DNA of 64,000 nucleotides, from contig NC_058373.1 in the NCBI RefSeq assembly GCF_018350175.1, positions 102,116,001 through 102,180,000 on the forward strand, written 5' to 3'. How positions within the stretch are numbered: the first letter of the stretch is position 1; each line of letters opens with the position of its first letter. This stretch comes from Felis catus. Its lineage: Eukaryota. The notes under the pieces are model-generated. The model saw nothing but the letters and a program-made list of their open reading frames with translations, did not search any database and was not told the origin of the DNA. The position numbers and the translations under genes are program-made. Below, piece by piece: positions 1 through 12,600 of the stretch.

Positions 1-1582
1 ATTGGTATCAACCATTAGTCCATTCCAGCAAAAGGCCACACTTAAAATTTTAGGCTTAAATTCTTTTCTTTTTTTTTTTTTAAACACTTCTTGGGATCTA
101 TGTGAAAGAAAAGCACATGCACAGAAAAAAGCCTAATGACATATATCAAAATGTTAAGGGGTTATCTCTGGGTATTAGGATTGGGGATGATGTTTTTCCT
201 CATTCTTCCTGTATTTAATATGTACTTTTATAGTAATGTGTACATATGTATAATTGCTATGTTATACACCTGAAACTAATATAATACTGTGTCAGTTGTA
301 CTTCAACTAAAAAAGTATTATTTCTAATTAAATGTGATGCAGGACTATTTTATTTTTTAATGTAGGTTTCTTGATTGATCCTAGATTGGGGCGGGGAGGC
401 TAAATGGTACTTTGGGGGAAATTTTAATACGAAATGCATGTTAGGCAATAATATTCTTCTCTTAAATTTCTGTGGCATAATAATGATATTGTGGTTATGT
501 AGAAGTATGTCTCTTTTTAGGGGACACATGTTGAGGTACTGAGGGGTAAAATGTCATGATGCATATTTCAAATGACTTGAGAAAAACACTATTTATAAAG
601 CATGTATAGCAAAATGTCAACAATAAGTCAATCTAGATAGAGGGTGTATGTATGTTCACTATACTACTTTAAATTTTCCAAAATAAAAATGGGAGAAAAT
701 TATATACTTCTATAATAAAGCAGTTGGAGGACAACAAAGGCCCATAAGAAACCAGTCACTGATGAAGATACTTTCTACATGGATGGATCTCATCCTTTTG
801 TCTTCAGGGATCTGTTCCATGTTAATGCTAGTGGCTCACCACAGGCTGCTGCACCGACCGGAGAGGCTGTAGAGTACCACAGCCCCCGGAGTTGGCAGGC
901 CTAACTCAGTGCTCACTAACTTGCTCTCTGGAATAATCAGATGATGCCCTTTTGATGACTGTGAAGTATTAAAATTACCTCCTTTTTGAAAAGTCTTTAC
1001 TACCAGTGAATGAAATTAAGCAAATGGCAATATTCAACAGCACAGAATAAGCTCAGAATAGGCAATATTACTGACATCATGATGGTGGCTAATATATTCA
1101 TTTATTTCCACTTTCCCACCATTAAGCACTAATTCTCTGGAAAAGCAGTTTTTTTTTTGTTTTTTTTTTTTTTTTAGGGTTTAATCATATACAGCAAAGG
1201 AATAAGGATAAGGTCTTGGTTTCAAAGTTCTGATTTACGAGTTAAACCAAGTCAATACAAAAATGTTCCTGTGCTTGCTATGGCATATACAAAAATGCTC
1301 CTTCAACCAAATAAAACTAGGGGACTAAAAACACTTTTTGCAAATCCGTGGTATTATCAGGTTCCTATAGATCTACAATATAACACTGAAGGATTATATC
1401 CTATGTACAATAAGCAAGTTGAGGAAATAACAATACATGTCTACTAACACCCTTTCCAAAGTATTATAAATAAACTTTTACTTCAGGATCTTGAAATAAA
1501 AATTCATACAGTATTCACAATGAAACCCAAAGATAAAGCAAGATGAAATAGTCAATAGCATGATTAAGAATGGCTGACATTT

Positions 1583-1799
1583 GGGGCGCCTGGGTGGCTC
1601 AGTCGGTTGGGCGTCCGACTTTGGCTCAGGTCATGATATCGTGATTTGTCACGCGATTTGTGAGTTCGAGCCCTGTGTCCAGCTCTGTGCTGACAGGAGC
1701 CTGGAGCCTGATTCAGATTCTGTGTCTCCCCCTCTCTCTGCCCCTCCCATGCTCTTGCTCTGTGTTTCTCTTTAATAAATAAACATTAAAAAAAAAAAT
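1583..1799 (+). mobile_element. Carnivore tRNA-derived SINE (SINEC)
   Basis: GGGGCGCCTGGGTGGCTCAG head, (CT)n, A tail; TSD aat[g/a]gctgacattt. Confidence 0.9.
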
Positions 1800-2189
1800 A
1801 GCTGACATTTATAGAAAACATTACTATGTACCAGGAATTAAGTGCTTTTATCTCATTTAATTCTCATTAACAATGCTATGAAGTAAAATTATTAAAACCA
1901 TTTTACAGATGAGTGGTCAAAGGCTAGAAATTTGCCCAAGGTTCATTCAGCTGGTACATACCATAGTGGGTCTTCAGACCCAAGTAGTTTGGCTTTGAAA
2001 TCTGTGCTCCTAACCATTGTGCTATAATATCTCTCTATACCAGCCACTAATTAAAACATCAGAAATGTATTCCTTCCTAACCTTGGTCATCGTGAGATAA
2101 GGAGTATCTTTGGCTTCTACATATCTAAATTTTCAACATATTATATTCCTTCCAACATATAAAACCATTCTCATCCTGAGCCACCTGAT

Positions 2190-2195
2190 TTTATT
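2190..2195 (-). terminator. Candidate WDHD1 polyadenylation signal (AATAAA)
   Basis: AATAAA on the minus strand about 1.25 kb past the stop, followed by CA dinucleotides and a GU/U-rich tract (TGGTTTTATATGTTGG). Cannot be verified without transcripts. Confidence 0.3.
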
Positions 2196-2605
2196 TTACT
2201 ACAACCCGCCCCTGACTCTGCCAAGCCCACCCCTGCATTCTGCCCTCATTAAGTGGCTGCATTTGCATTAAGCTCTGCCTAGAATAATAACAAAAAATGT
2301 ATGAAATATTTAAATCTTATTTGTTCAAAATAAAAGGAGTTACTTTCCCTCTTTACTCTCATATCAAGGCTTCGAAGACTTGCTCAGGAAAATACTGCTG
2401 ATGTTGATAATCAGAGGATCTTACCAGGGGCACATTATGCCCCGGGATGAAAAACTTTCAAAACCGTCCTCCATCTTTTCTCTTCTGTGTGTTATGATGT
2501 GTAGCAGGATGGGGGTGATGGTAGAAATTATGGTAATAAATGTAAACTATGTTTTCTAGAAACATTTTCATTTCATGGAAGAATGATAAGACCACAGCAA
2601 ACTAT

Positions 2606-2823
2606 GGGGTGCCTGGGTGGCTCAGTAGGTTAAGGCTCTGACTTCGGCTCAGGTCATGGTCTCACGGTTTGTGAGTTCAAACCCCGCATCAGGCTCTGCG
2701 CTGACAGCGGAGAGCCAGGAGCCTATTTCAGATTCTGTGCCTCCCTATGTCTCTCTCTGCTCTCCCTCCCTTGCTCACACTCTGTCTCTCTCTCAAAAAT
2801 AATAAACATTAAAAAAAAAAAAA
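2606..2823 (+). mobile_element. SINEC in the probable WDHD1 3'UTR (antisense to the gene)
   Basis: Full SINE; TSD aagaccacagcaaacta at 2588-2604 and 2822-2838. Confidence 0.9.
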
Positions 2824-3448
2824 GACCACAGCAAACTAAATTTGGAAATGTGAAAGTCTTATTTTTTTAAAAACCAGGCTATACAAAGACAACTGAAAGC
2901 CATACATGAAGAAATTTCCAAAACAAACAAATGAAAAAAATCACACCTACAAAATTATTTACATGTTGAGGGCCCATATTAAAAAACATGGTCCCCAGTC
3001 CAATATAGACATAGAGAAACAGTCTACGGTAACACACCTGGAAGAGGATTTCTGTAGTACTTCCCAGTATACGACACAAACCAAATGAGGAAACCCCTTG
3101 AAGATACTTCAATGTTCAGAGGTTTTAAGACCTTGGCTTTGATGATTTTGAAGGTACGAAACAAAATCAAACTGGCTTCCACTGTGGCATGCCAGTGGCT
3201 TCAAGTCAGTGCCTACAATCATAATGCTTCTGAATGGCCTTCTATTTGGGGGCAGAGCAATCTGTAGGCATGAAGGTTTTTACACACTCCCTGTTACTAT
3301 ATTACCTTAATAAAGACAAAAAGTTGTCATTAAACTCTTTTAAAAATATATAACGAATTTTCTAAAGATAACATTTTTTTTAAGTCCAGATTCATCAATG
3401 ATGAGTAAAAAATCTATTACTTCCCTAAGGTCATTTCCTTAACTCTGT

Positions 3449-3649
3449 CTATTCCTGCTTAAATGCAAAAGCTGATAGTTTCTGATTGGTAGACAGATCT
3501 AAAGGTTTTTGCTTTTTTGGCAAATTCAGATTCTCCTTTGCTTTTTCTTTCTGGTTTTCAGTTTCATGACTTTCATCAATCACACGTTTTCGCTTCTTTG
3601 CTTCAGCTCCATCACTTGTAGTACCTCCTTTGGCCTTGGTAGCCCATGC
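3449..3649 (-). CDS. WDHD1: WDHD1 exon 26, coding part (end of HMG box, basic NLS-like KKRKR, stop)
   Basis: aag|GCA TGG...GAA TAG; 201 nt; AWATKAKGG...AKKRKR...[12 protein letters not shown]. Confidence 0.96.
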   Translation of the reverse strand, partial: AWATKAKGGTTSDGAEAKKRKRVIDESHETENQKEKAKENLNLPKKQKPLDLSTNQKLSAFAFKQE

Positions 3650-6600
3650 CTTTGTAAAAATATGGGAGAAAAGATTTTTAGGCAATAACAAAGAACTAGG
3701 AAGGAAATGATTTTCTCACTTTTTTAGGTAACAATCCTGTATATAAAAAGCAGCATTAAAAAAAAAAAAAGCAGGGGCGTCTGGGTGGCTCAGTCTCCAC
3801 CACCTCATGCTCTGTCTCTCTCTCAAAAATAAACATTAAAGGGGCGCCTGGGTGGCGCAGTCGGTTAAGCGTCCGACTTCAGCCAGGTCACGATCTCGCG
3901 GTCCGTGGGTTCGAGCCCCGCGTCGGGCTCTGGGCTGATGGCTCAGAGCCTGGAGCCTGTTTCCGATTCTGTGTCTCCCTCTCTCTCTGCCCCTCCCCCG
4001 TTCATGCTCTGTCTCTCTCTGTCCCAAAAATAAGTAAACGTTGAAAAAAAAAATAAAATAAACATTAAAAAAATTTTTTTTAATTAAAAAAAAGCATGAT
4101 TAGTACTTGAATTGTTAAGCTAATCATTAAGGATTCTCATTGTTAACAAATGTCTTATTAATTGCAGAGCAGGTTAAAAAATTTATGTCTACCTCTGTAA
4201 TATTTCAACCTAAACTCTGCTTATATTTAACCATATTAAGTGCAAAATATATAACTGCAGGTACTTTTTTAAAAATGAAACTTTTTATTTTGAGATTTTT
4301 TCATATGCAGTTGTAGGAAATAATACAGAAGGATCTCATGTACTCTTTCCCCAGTTTCCCCCAATCATAGCATCTTCCAAAGCTAATATATCACAACCAG
4401 GGTACTGACATCAATACAATCCTCCCATTTTTACTTCTACTCATTTGTGTGTATGTGTGTATGCATATTTAATTCCCATGTAGGCTCCACATTCAAGATA
4501 CAAAACAGTACCATAACCAGAAGGATCCCTCATGTTGTTCCTCCAACCTACATTTCTCATCCAGGCCCCAACTCCTGGTAATTAGTTCTCTGTTCTTCAT
4601 CCCTATCACTCTGTCACTTCAGGAATGACATTTCAGATACTCTTTTGGGGCTGGCTTTATTCAATTAAGCACAAGAACCTTAAAAAGTTCAGTCATTTCC
4701 ATCTGTCTCCTAAATCTTTTTTTTTTTTTTTTTTTTTTTAATTAGAGAGAGAGAGAGCAAGAGCGTGTGCATGAGGTGGGGAGAGGGGCAGAGGGAGAGA
4801 CACGGAATCTCAATCCCAATGCAGGGCTCGATCTCACAACCCTGGGATCATGACCTGAGCCAAGATAAATATTGGACGCTCAACTGACCGAGTCACTTAA
4901 ATCTATTTTAATATGTAATAGTTCCTCCTTCTTTCACTTTATTTCCTTTCCATTTATTTACTATAGAAAAGAGACCCTTTGGAGCTGCAGAATTTCTCAC
5001 ATTAACAGACTGGATTAAGGTTTAACTTAAAAATACTGATTACATTTTCAAATATTCAAAAACACAATCACATTTTTTACTGCATAAGATCATTTAGATA
5101 CCATTTATCTAATTCTTTATTATCCTTTTATAAAGTCTTACAAAAAATGAGAAATACAAAGTTGCCAATGAGATTCTAAATAGGCTTGAGGTGGTTGGAC
5201 CAGTTTCTAGCTTCCTCATTTTGTAATAGCTTTATTCTTAAAATTCAGTTTATCAAGGCAAGTATCTATTTCACCAGGTGAATACTGCATGCCCATGCCG
5301 CATACTGCATCCCTGGGGAAATGATATCTGAGGATTTAATTGATATACCACACACATTCCTTCCCCTTGCAACAGAAAGCTGCTCCTAGCCCTCCCTCAT
5401 AAGGCAGAAATTTATACAAGGGGCAATAAGGTACCAGCCACCTGTCCTAATTTCCACATGAAAGGCTAGAACAGAACACCAGGTCTTCCACTGCCCGAAA
5501 AGCAGTACTCTCACTTTGACTTTGTTTTTGTTTTTTTGTTTTTTAAAGTAAGCTCTATGCTCAATGTGGGCCTTGAACTCACAACCCTGAGATTAAGAGT
5601 CACATGCTCTATCGACTGAGCCAACCAGGTACCCCAGTATTCTCATTTTATATTCAATGTGGAAGTAAATAGCATTTTAAAAAATTCTGCTTTTTAAAGA
5701 AATTTTTTAAGTTTATTTATTTATTTTGAGAGAGAGGTAAAGAGAGAGAGTGAGTGCAAGCAGGGAAGGGGCAGAGAGAGAGAATCCCAAGTACCCTAAG
5801 GTAGTAGTCCAAACATGTATATTTAATTTCATTTTTACTTCTTAATTTTATTTGCTTTTGATTTGTAAGTAATGTACTTTTTCTTGGGGTATCCTCCTAA
5901 CTTACAACATGCAGGAACTTATACAGATATAAACAGTACATATGCCCCAAATTTAACCATTAGCACTAATAACTATTACACATCCATATGTTTAGAACTA
6001 ACATTTCAGTTATTTAATTTCCTCTCCATCAAGAGTTTACCAGAATATATGCAATTTCCAGAACAGAAAAAGGCATTTTCTATAAGAATTTTTAAGACCT
6101 AGGGGGCACCTGGGTGACTTAGTCGGTTAAGTGACCAACTTTCGGTTTTGGCTCAGATCATGATCTCATGGGTTCATGAGTTCAGGTCCATGTCAGGCCT
6201 TGCGCTGACAGTGCTGGGCCTCCTTGGGATTCTCTCTCTCTGCCCTTCCCTGCTTGTGCTCGCTCTCTCTCTTTCTCAAAATAAATAAACAAATTTGAAA
6301 AAAATAAAAACAAAAAACCCCTGGGAATTTACTAAGATCTCAATCTCAGCAAAATTATTCTTACCTTCCTTTCTTCAGGTGACAATACTCTAAATCGAAT
6401 CATTCCTTCTTTTATTATGTCTGCTTCATCTGAAAAGTCAGGATTGTCAGACAAAATATTACTTCTGTTTTCTTCCAGCCACATCTGGAACCCAGTCTTT
6501 GGCCTAAAATAGCAATTATTGAAAAAATTTCATACTTAAGAAACAGTTTAAAGTGCTTTATGATTTTTCAGGTTAGTAATTAACCATTAGTCTTTGCATA

Positions 6601-9600
6601 CCTATATATACTAAGAAAGACACAATTAATTACACTTGTTAATATTCATACTACATATTACCTAAAACTGCTTGAAGACGATGGAAATAATGAACTGAAA
6701 AACCCCTTGTAAGATCAATTCCAAGGGTTTACTCACATATGTATTTTCCAAGTGGAGCAACCATGAACTCTGCACTTTCAGCTCCTTTTTGGAATGCTGA
6801 CAGGCTCAAGGTCTCCAGTTTCACTCAGCCCCTCTGGCCCAGTAAAATTCTTCCAATCCTTGGTGGGTTCTTTCTCCATTTCCAAAACCAGCTATCTTTA
6901 ATTTTTACTTTTCTCAAGCTCCTATCCCATCCCCTCACCATTGCTCTCACAGATGACCTGGGCGTGTATGTCCTTTCTCATATAATTATTATGTAAAGCA
7001 TACACACAGCATACTTATCAATTTCATTAGACTTGACTTTTTTTTATGTTTATTTATTTTTGAGAGACAGAGACAGACCCTGAGTGGAGGAGGGGCAGAG
7101 AGTGGGGGAGTCACAAAATCCAAAGCAGGCTCCAGGCTCTGAGCTGTCAGCATGAGCCCAATGTGGGGCTCAACTCACAAACCATGAGATCATGACCTGA
7201 GCCAAAGTCAGATGCCTAACTGACTGAGCCACTCAGATGCCCCTAGACTTTGCTTTTGACACAAATTATCTTTAGGTCACAAGTGAAGATTTAATGCAAA
7301 CATTTAATATTTACTGAGCACTTACTATCTGCTAGGCATTGTTCTAAATACTTTGTGTGTATTACCTCATTTCATCTATCATAACCCTATGAGGGTAGGT
7401 GCAATTACTATCTCTATTCCATAGAGGAGGAAGTCAAGGCTCAGAAATGTGAGATAACTTAGGGGCACCTGGGTGGCTCAGTTGGTTAAGTGTCTGACTT
7501 CAGCTCAGGTCATGATTTCACGGTTCGTGAGTTTGAGCCCCATGTTAGGCTCTGTGCTGACAGCTCAGAGCCTGGAGCCTGCTTTGGATTTTGTCTCCCT
7601 CTCTCTCTGCCCACCCCCGCTTGGGCTCCATCTCTCTCTCTCTCTCAAAAATGAATAAATATTAAACAAATTAAAAAAAAAAAAGAAAAGAAATGTGAAA
7701 TAACTTACTCTAGGTCACACAGATAGCCAAAGGCAGACCTGGGATTTAATACCTTGGCAGTTTGACTGCAGAGTCCCCATACTTCACACAACAGCTGTAC
7801 TGGCCCTTACTACACTGTAACCAAATGGATCTTGAATAACAAATTTAAATATACAGCAAAAATTAGTGGCAAAAATACCAGAGGAAAATGTTTATGATAA
7901 AATTTTATTTTACTTATTTTTAAACATTTATTTATTTATAAAGTTTATTTTTGAGAGTGACAGAGTGCGAGCAGGGGAGGTGCAGAGAGAGGGAGACACA
8001 GAATCTGAAACAGGCTCCAAGCTCTGAGCTGTCAGCACAGAGCCCGACGCAGGGCTCGAACTCACGGACTGCGAGATCATGACCTGAGCCGAAGTCGGAC
8101 ACTCAACCGACTGAGCCACCCAGGCACCCCTATGATAAAATTTTAAATGGAAACAAGACCACAGGTTGTAACATTCCATCTCTGATGCAGAGCCCACTAA
8201 ATGTAGAATCTTAATTTTAATAAAAAAGATTTAAAAAATTATCTTTATGAGTAATTGAGGGATTTTTGTCTAAATTTTTTAATTTTTAGAAAAACAAGCT
8301 ATAAAAAATATTACTAGCATTGCCTAATTTGTGGAAATATACAAATTTCAAGTAATCTTAATATAATTCTACTTCCAGAAAAATAATAGAACAAATCAAA
8401 ACAAATGGTAAACAAAGTTTCTTGAATTTCCTGAAATTAATAAACATTCATTTTAATCAAACTTGAAGCAATGTCACAAATCTAGCTAACAGCAGGCAAT
8501 CTCCCTGCCCCTAAACAGCTGTTTTTCAAAAGAAAAACAAAATTGAACATTTCTCTTCTGATTCAGTATATCAGTACTCATGACAAAATATTTGGTTAAA
8601 CAGTTATAACTCCTTAATGACATTCCAATTAAATAAGTTTTCTGTATTGAAAGTACAAAAAATTGAATCTTCTTAAATAAAACCTTCACTGCTTAATACC
8701 TAATTTGAATTCAGGGCAAAACAGAAAAAATAAAAACCAAAGCTACCCCTCAAATTAAACTGGTTAACATGAAGGATGCCTGCTAGCTCAATCGGTAAAG
8801 CATATGGCTCTTGATATCGGGGCTAGGAGTTCGAGCCCCACGTTGGGTGCAGAGATTACTTAAAAATAGACTCTTTAAAAAAGTAGATAGATAAATAAAC
8901 TGGTTAACAGGAGATATTCAATGATAAAAATGAAATGGTGACTTTTTCTTTTTAACTGAGGCATTAAAGTTTTTTTAAAAATGTTTATTTTTAAGAGAGA
9001 GAGTGCGAGTATGGGAGGGGCAGAGAGAGAGGGAGACACAGAATCCGAAGCAGGCTCCAGGCTCCAAACTGTCAGCACAGAGCCCAATGCGAGGCTCGAA
9101 CCCATGAATGGTGAGATCATGACCTGAGCCAAAGTCTGATGCTTAACCTACTGAGCCACCCAGGCACTCCTTAACTGATGCATTTTAAATAAACCCAGCA
9201 TTTAGAGAGATCACGAAATGGAACATATTGCACTGGCAAACAAATAGGATACAGGCAAATAGGAACTCATTGCTGGAGGTATAGAAAATGATACAAGATT
9301 AATGGAGAAAAATTTGGCAATGTCTATTGGAATTACAAGTGCACATTAACTTGAATCATACAGATATCCATCTTATGGCTATATGTGTATGTGAGAAATG
9401 CCATTCATATAAAGTAATTCATTGCAGTACTACTTGTACTCTAGCAAAAGACCAGCAATCACCTTCTGTCCACCAGTAGAGAACTGAATAAATTATGGCA
9501 TATCCATTCAATGGATATAAAAAGATTAAATAAACTGTGTAGTAATATGAGATGATCTGCAAAAGCTGCTATGTGAAAAAATAGTAATGTACACAACAAT

Positions 9601-12600
9601 GTGTATGCTACCATTTCTGTTAAAATAAACAGATAAATACAAGTGTTTGAACACTTACAGAACAATTCTGGAGGGCTATGTAAGAAATTTGTTGTAGTGA
9701 CTATTTGTAAAGAGGGGAACTGAGTGGATATGGAAGATATTTATTCTTTATCAGACTTTCTTTTGTATCCTTTCACTGCTTCTCCCACTTAACTATATTT
9801 AGTTTAAAACAAAAGAAGAATTATACAATATATGTTTTAAATTTTAATTTAAAACAATTTAAAGCACAATACAATTTATTTTATTTTTAAATTTTTTTTA
9901 CGTTTATTTTGAGAGACAGAGTGAGAGAGAGCATGAGCATGGGAGGGGCAGAGGGAAGAGGAGACACAGAATCTGAAGCAGGCTTCAGGCTCCGAGCTAT
10001 CAGCACAGAGCCCGATGCGGGGCTCGAACCCACCAACTGTGAGATCATGACCTGAGTCGAAGTAGAACGCCCAACCGACTGAGCCACCCAGGCACCCCGT
10101 AAAACATAGTACAATTTAAAACACATATATACTTATCAGAGCATACTTAAGTATTAAGTAGACATTAACCAATATTTACGGCCTCCTTAAAGTTATGTAT
10201 TCAGGGATGCCTGGGTGGCTCAGTCAGTTAAGCATCCAACTCTTGATCTCAGTTCAAGTCATGATCTCATGGTTATGAGATTGAGCCCCGTGTTGGGCTC
10301 TGTGCTGGGCAAGAAGCCCGCTTAAGATTCTCCCTCCCTCAGGGCACCTGGGTGGCTCAGTTGGTTAAGCATCAGATTTCAGCTCAGATCATGATTTCAC
10401 ACTTTCTGAGTTCAAGCCCTGCATCGGGCTCTGTGCTGAGAGCTCAGAACCTGGAGCCTGCTCTGGATTCTGTGTCTCCCTTTCTCTCTCTGTCCCTCCC
10501 CTGTTCTCTTGCATGCTCTCTCTCTCTCTCCCAAAAATAAGTAAATATTTTAAAAAATTTAAAAAAAAAGTATTCTCCCTCCCTCCCTCTCTCTGCCCTT
10601 CCCATGCTCTCTCTCAAAATAAATAAATATTAAAAAGAAAGTTATGTGTTCAGAATGTCCACCACCAGTACCAATGTATTATTTGTAACAGTGAACAAGA
10701 CAGTTGCATAATTTTGTATTGCTGTTTCTGTATGTCTTTTATTGGAATACTGAATCTTGAGAATAATAAATTTATCTATGTACTAACCTTTGGCTTTCAG
10801 TGTTTTGAGGACATGGAGCTGGAGTTTCAGATGATGAATTTTTAGGATTTTCTTCACTCGCATCCTCATTCTTATCAGCTTGGGAAGTTCTTTTCTGGAA
10901 ATAGGATGCTGCAGATGCCTGTAAAAACAAACATAATGAATACTGCAACAAAAATCTAGTACAATTTTATACACTACAATCAAGTTTTGAAAAATGTGGA
11001 AAAATATTTATAATTATTTAGTATTCTTATACCAACATGTGAAGTCCTGAAGTTCTCAGTTGAATATAAAGATGCCTATAGACATAAAACCCAAAAAAAC
11101 TATTACTTCAAATTCCATGTTTTCTAAATGAATAAAATTATATAAAATGGAAAAGATAAAAGATCTATTATACTAATGACAAATGTGAGGTGAAATACCA
11201 AATCTGGGATGAAATCTAGAAGGCAAAATCAGAATACGGAAGAAAGAAAGATTGGGGCCGGCATCATCATTAAAAAAAAGATATGCGTCAGAATCATCTG
11301 GGAAATTTTTTTAAAAACCAGACAGATGCCTGAGTCTTTGGGGCCTGAGTATACACAGTAAAACCTTGGATTGTGAGTAACTTTTTCTCCAAATGTTTCA
11401 CAAAATTAGCACACATTTCTAACAAATTTTAACTTGATAAATAAGCAATGTCTTGCAATACAAGTAGTATGTTACACCATGATCACAACTGAGCCAATGT
11501 TTTTCTCTCTCTCACTGGCTGCAAGATTGTGTGTGATCATCTTGCGTGCTCAGATGCTCAGTCTCAGGCTGCAGTGTTTGGCAGAAATCAGTGATTTTTC
11601 AGAACATAGGAAGGTGCCCACAACTGGCCCTAGTTTATTTTTTGTCACTTCAAAGCACCTGTGGACAGTCCTCCGCTTTTCCATACAAGAGTAAGCTTAG
11701 GAATGCTTTGTTTCATTCTAGGCAGGCTGCCTGCAGATATAGACCCTTTCCCCTACTGCCTTATTGATAGTTACATTAAATACAGTGTATGACAAAACTT
11801 TATTAATACTGTATGGTAGTCAACATTGTGCAAACGTATACAATGGCCCCCATGAAGAAAGAGATTCCACTGAGCCAACAGATAGCAGTGATTCCATTAA
11901 TGATAGTGATAGCCGTCCTACACAATAACCCTCTACTCGTCTCCCTCACACCAGCCATGAAGGTTTTCAAAGGTAAGTGCAGGTTAATTTGTTTTTCTTT
12001 ATACTTTGTATTTTATTTATTATTTTGTATTACAGTACTGTAATCATTTTTATGTGAATGTTTTTGGGTTGTGGAATGAATCATCGGAGTTTCCATTATT
12101 TCTTATGGGGGAAATTCGCTTTCATATACAAGTACTTTGGATTACAAGCATGTTTCCAGAACAAATTATGCTTACAAACCAAGGTTTTACTGTATATATT
12201 TTAAAAAGTGATTCTGAAGCAAAATCAGATTTGAGAACCACTACCCTCCCTAGGCAATCAATGATAAACAACTGGAGCCTCCTGCCCCATACCTGAAAGA
12301 GTGAACAAAAACTAAAGCAAGACAAACAGATCATGTGCTACTTGTTGCTGATGTGGGTAGTTGAAATAGTACCTGCTTAGACTTTGGCTTTGGAACTAGA
12401 GGCTTTATAACTGGAGACTTTTCATTATTTGTAGCTCGACTGAGTGCAGATTTCTTGGATGATTTGTTCATATTGTCTAAAATATTAGTAGAACGTGCTG
12501 AATTCACTGAAATGGCTGGCTCTTTGGAATTGGCTGATACCTAAAGAGCAAACTACTATTAGCATTTTATGTTTAAAGAAGAAAAACCCCAAGAGATTCA

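Noticed and set aside
2879..3267. Short ORFs just downstream of the WDHD1 stop
   Set aside because: AT-rich 3'UTR sequence with no recognisable product.
8773..8882. tRNA-like sequences (also 5525, 34193, 36870, 43868, 48703, 61788)
   Set aside because: Degenerate A/B boxes with A tails and no intact cloverleaf. These are short tRNA-derived SINEs, not tRNA genes.
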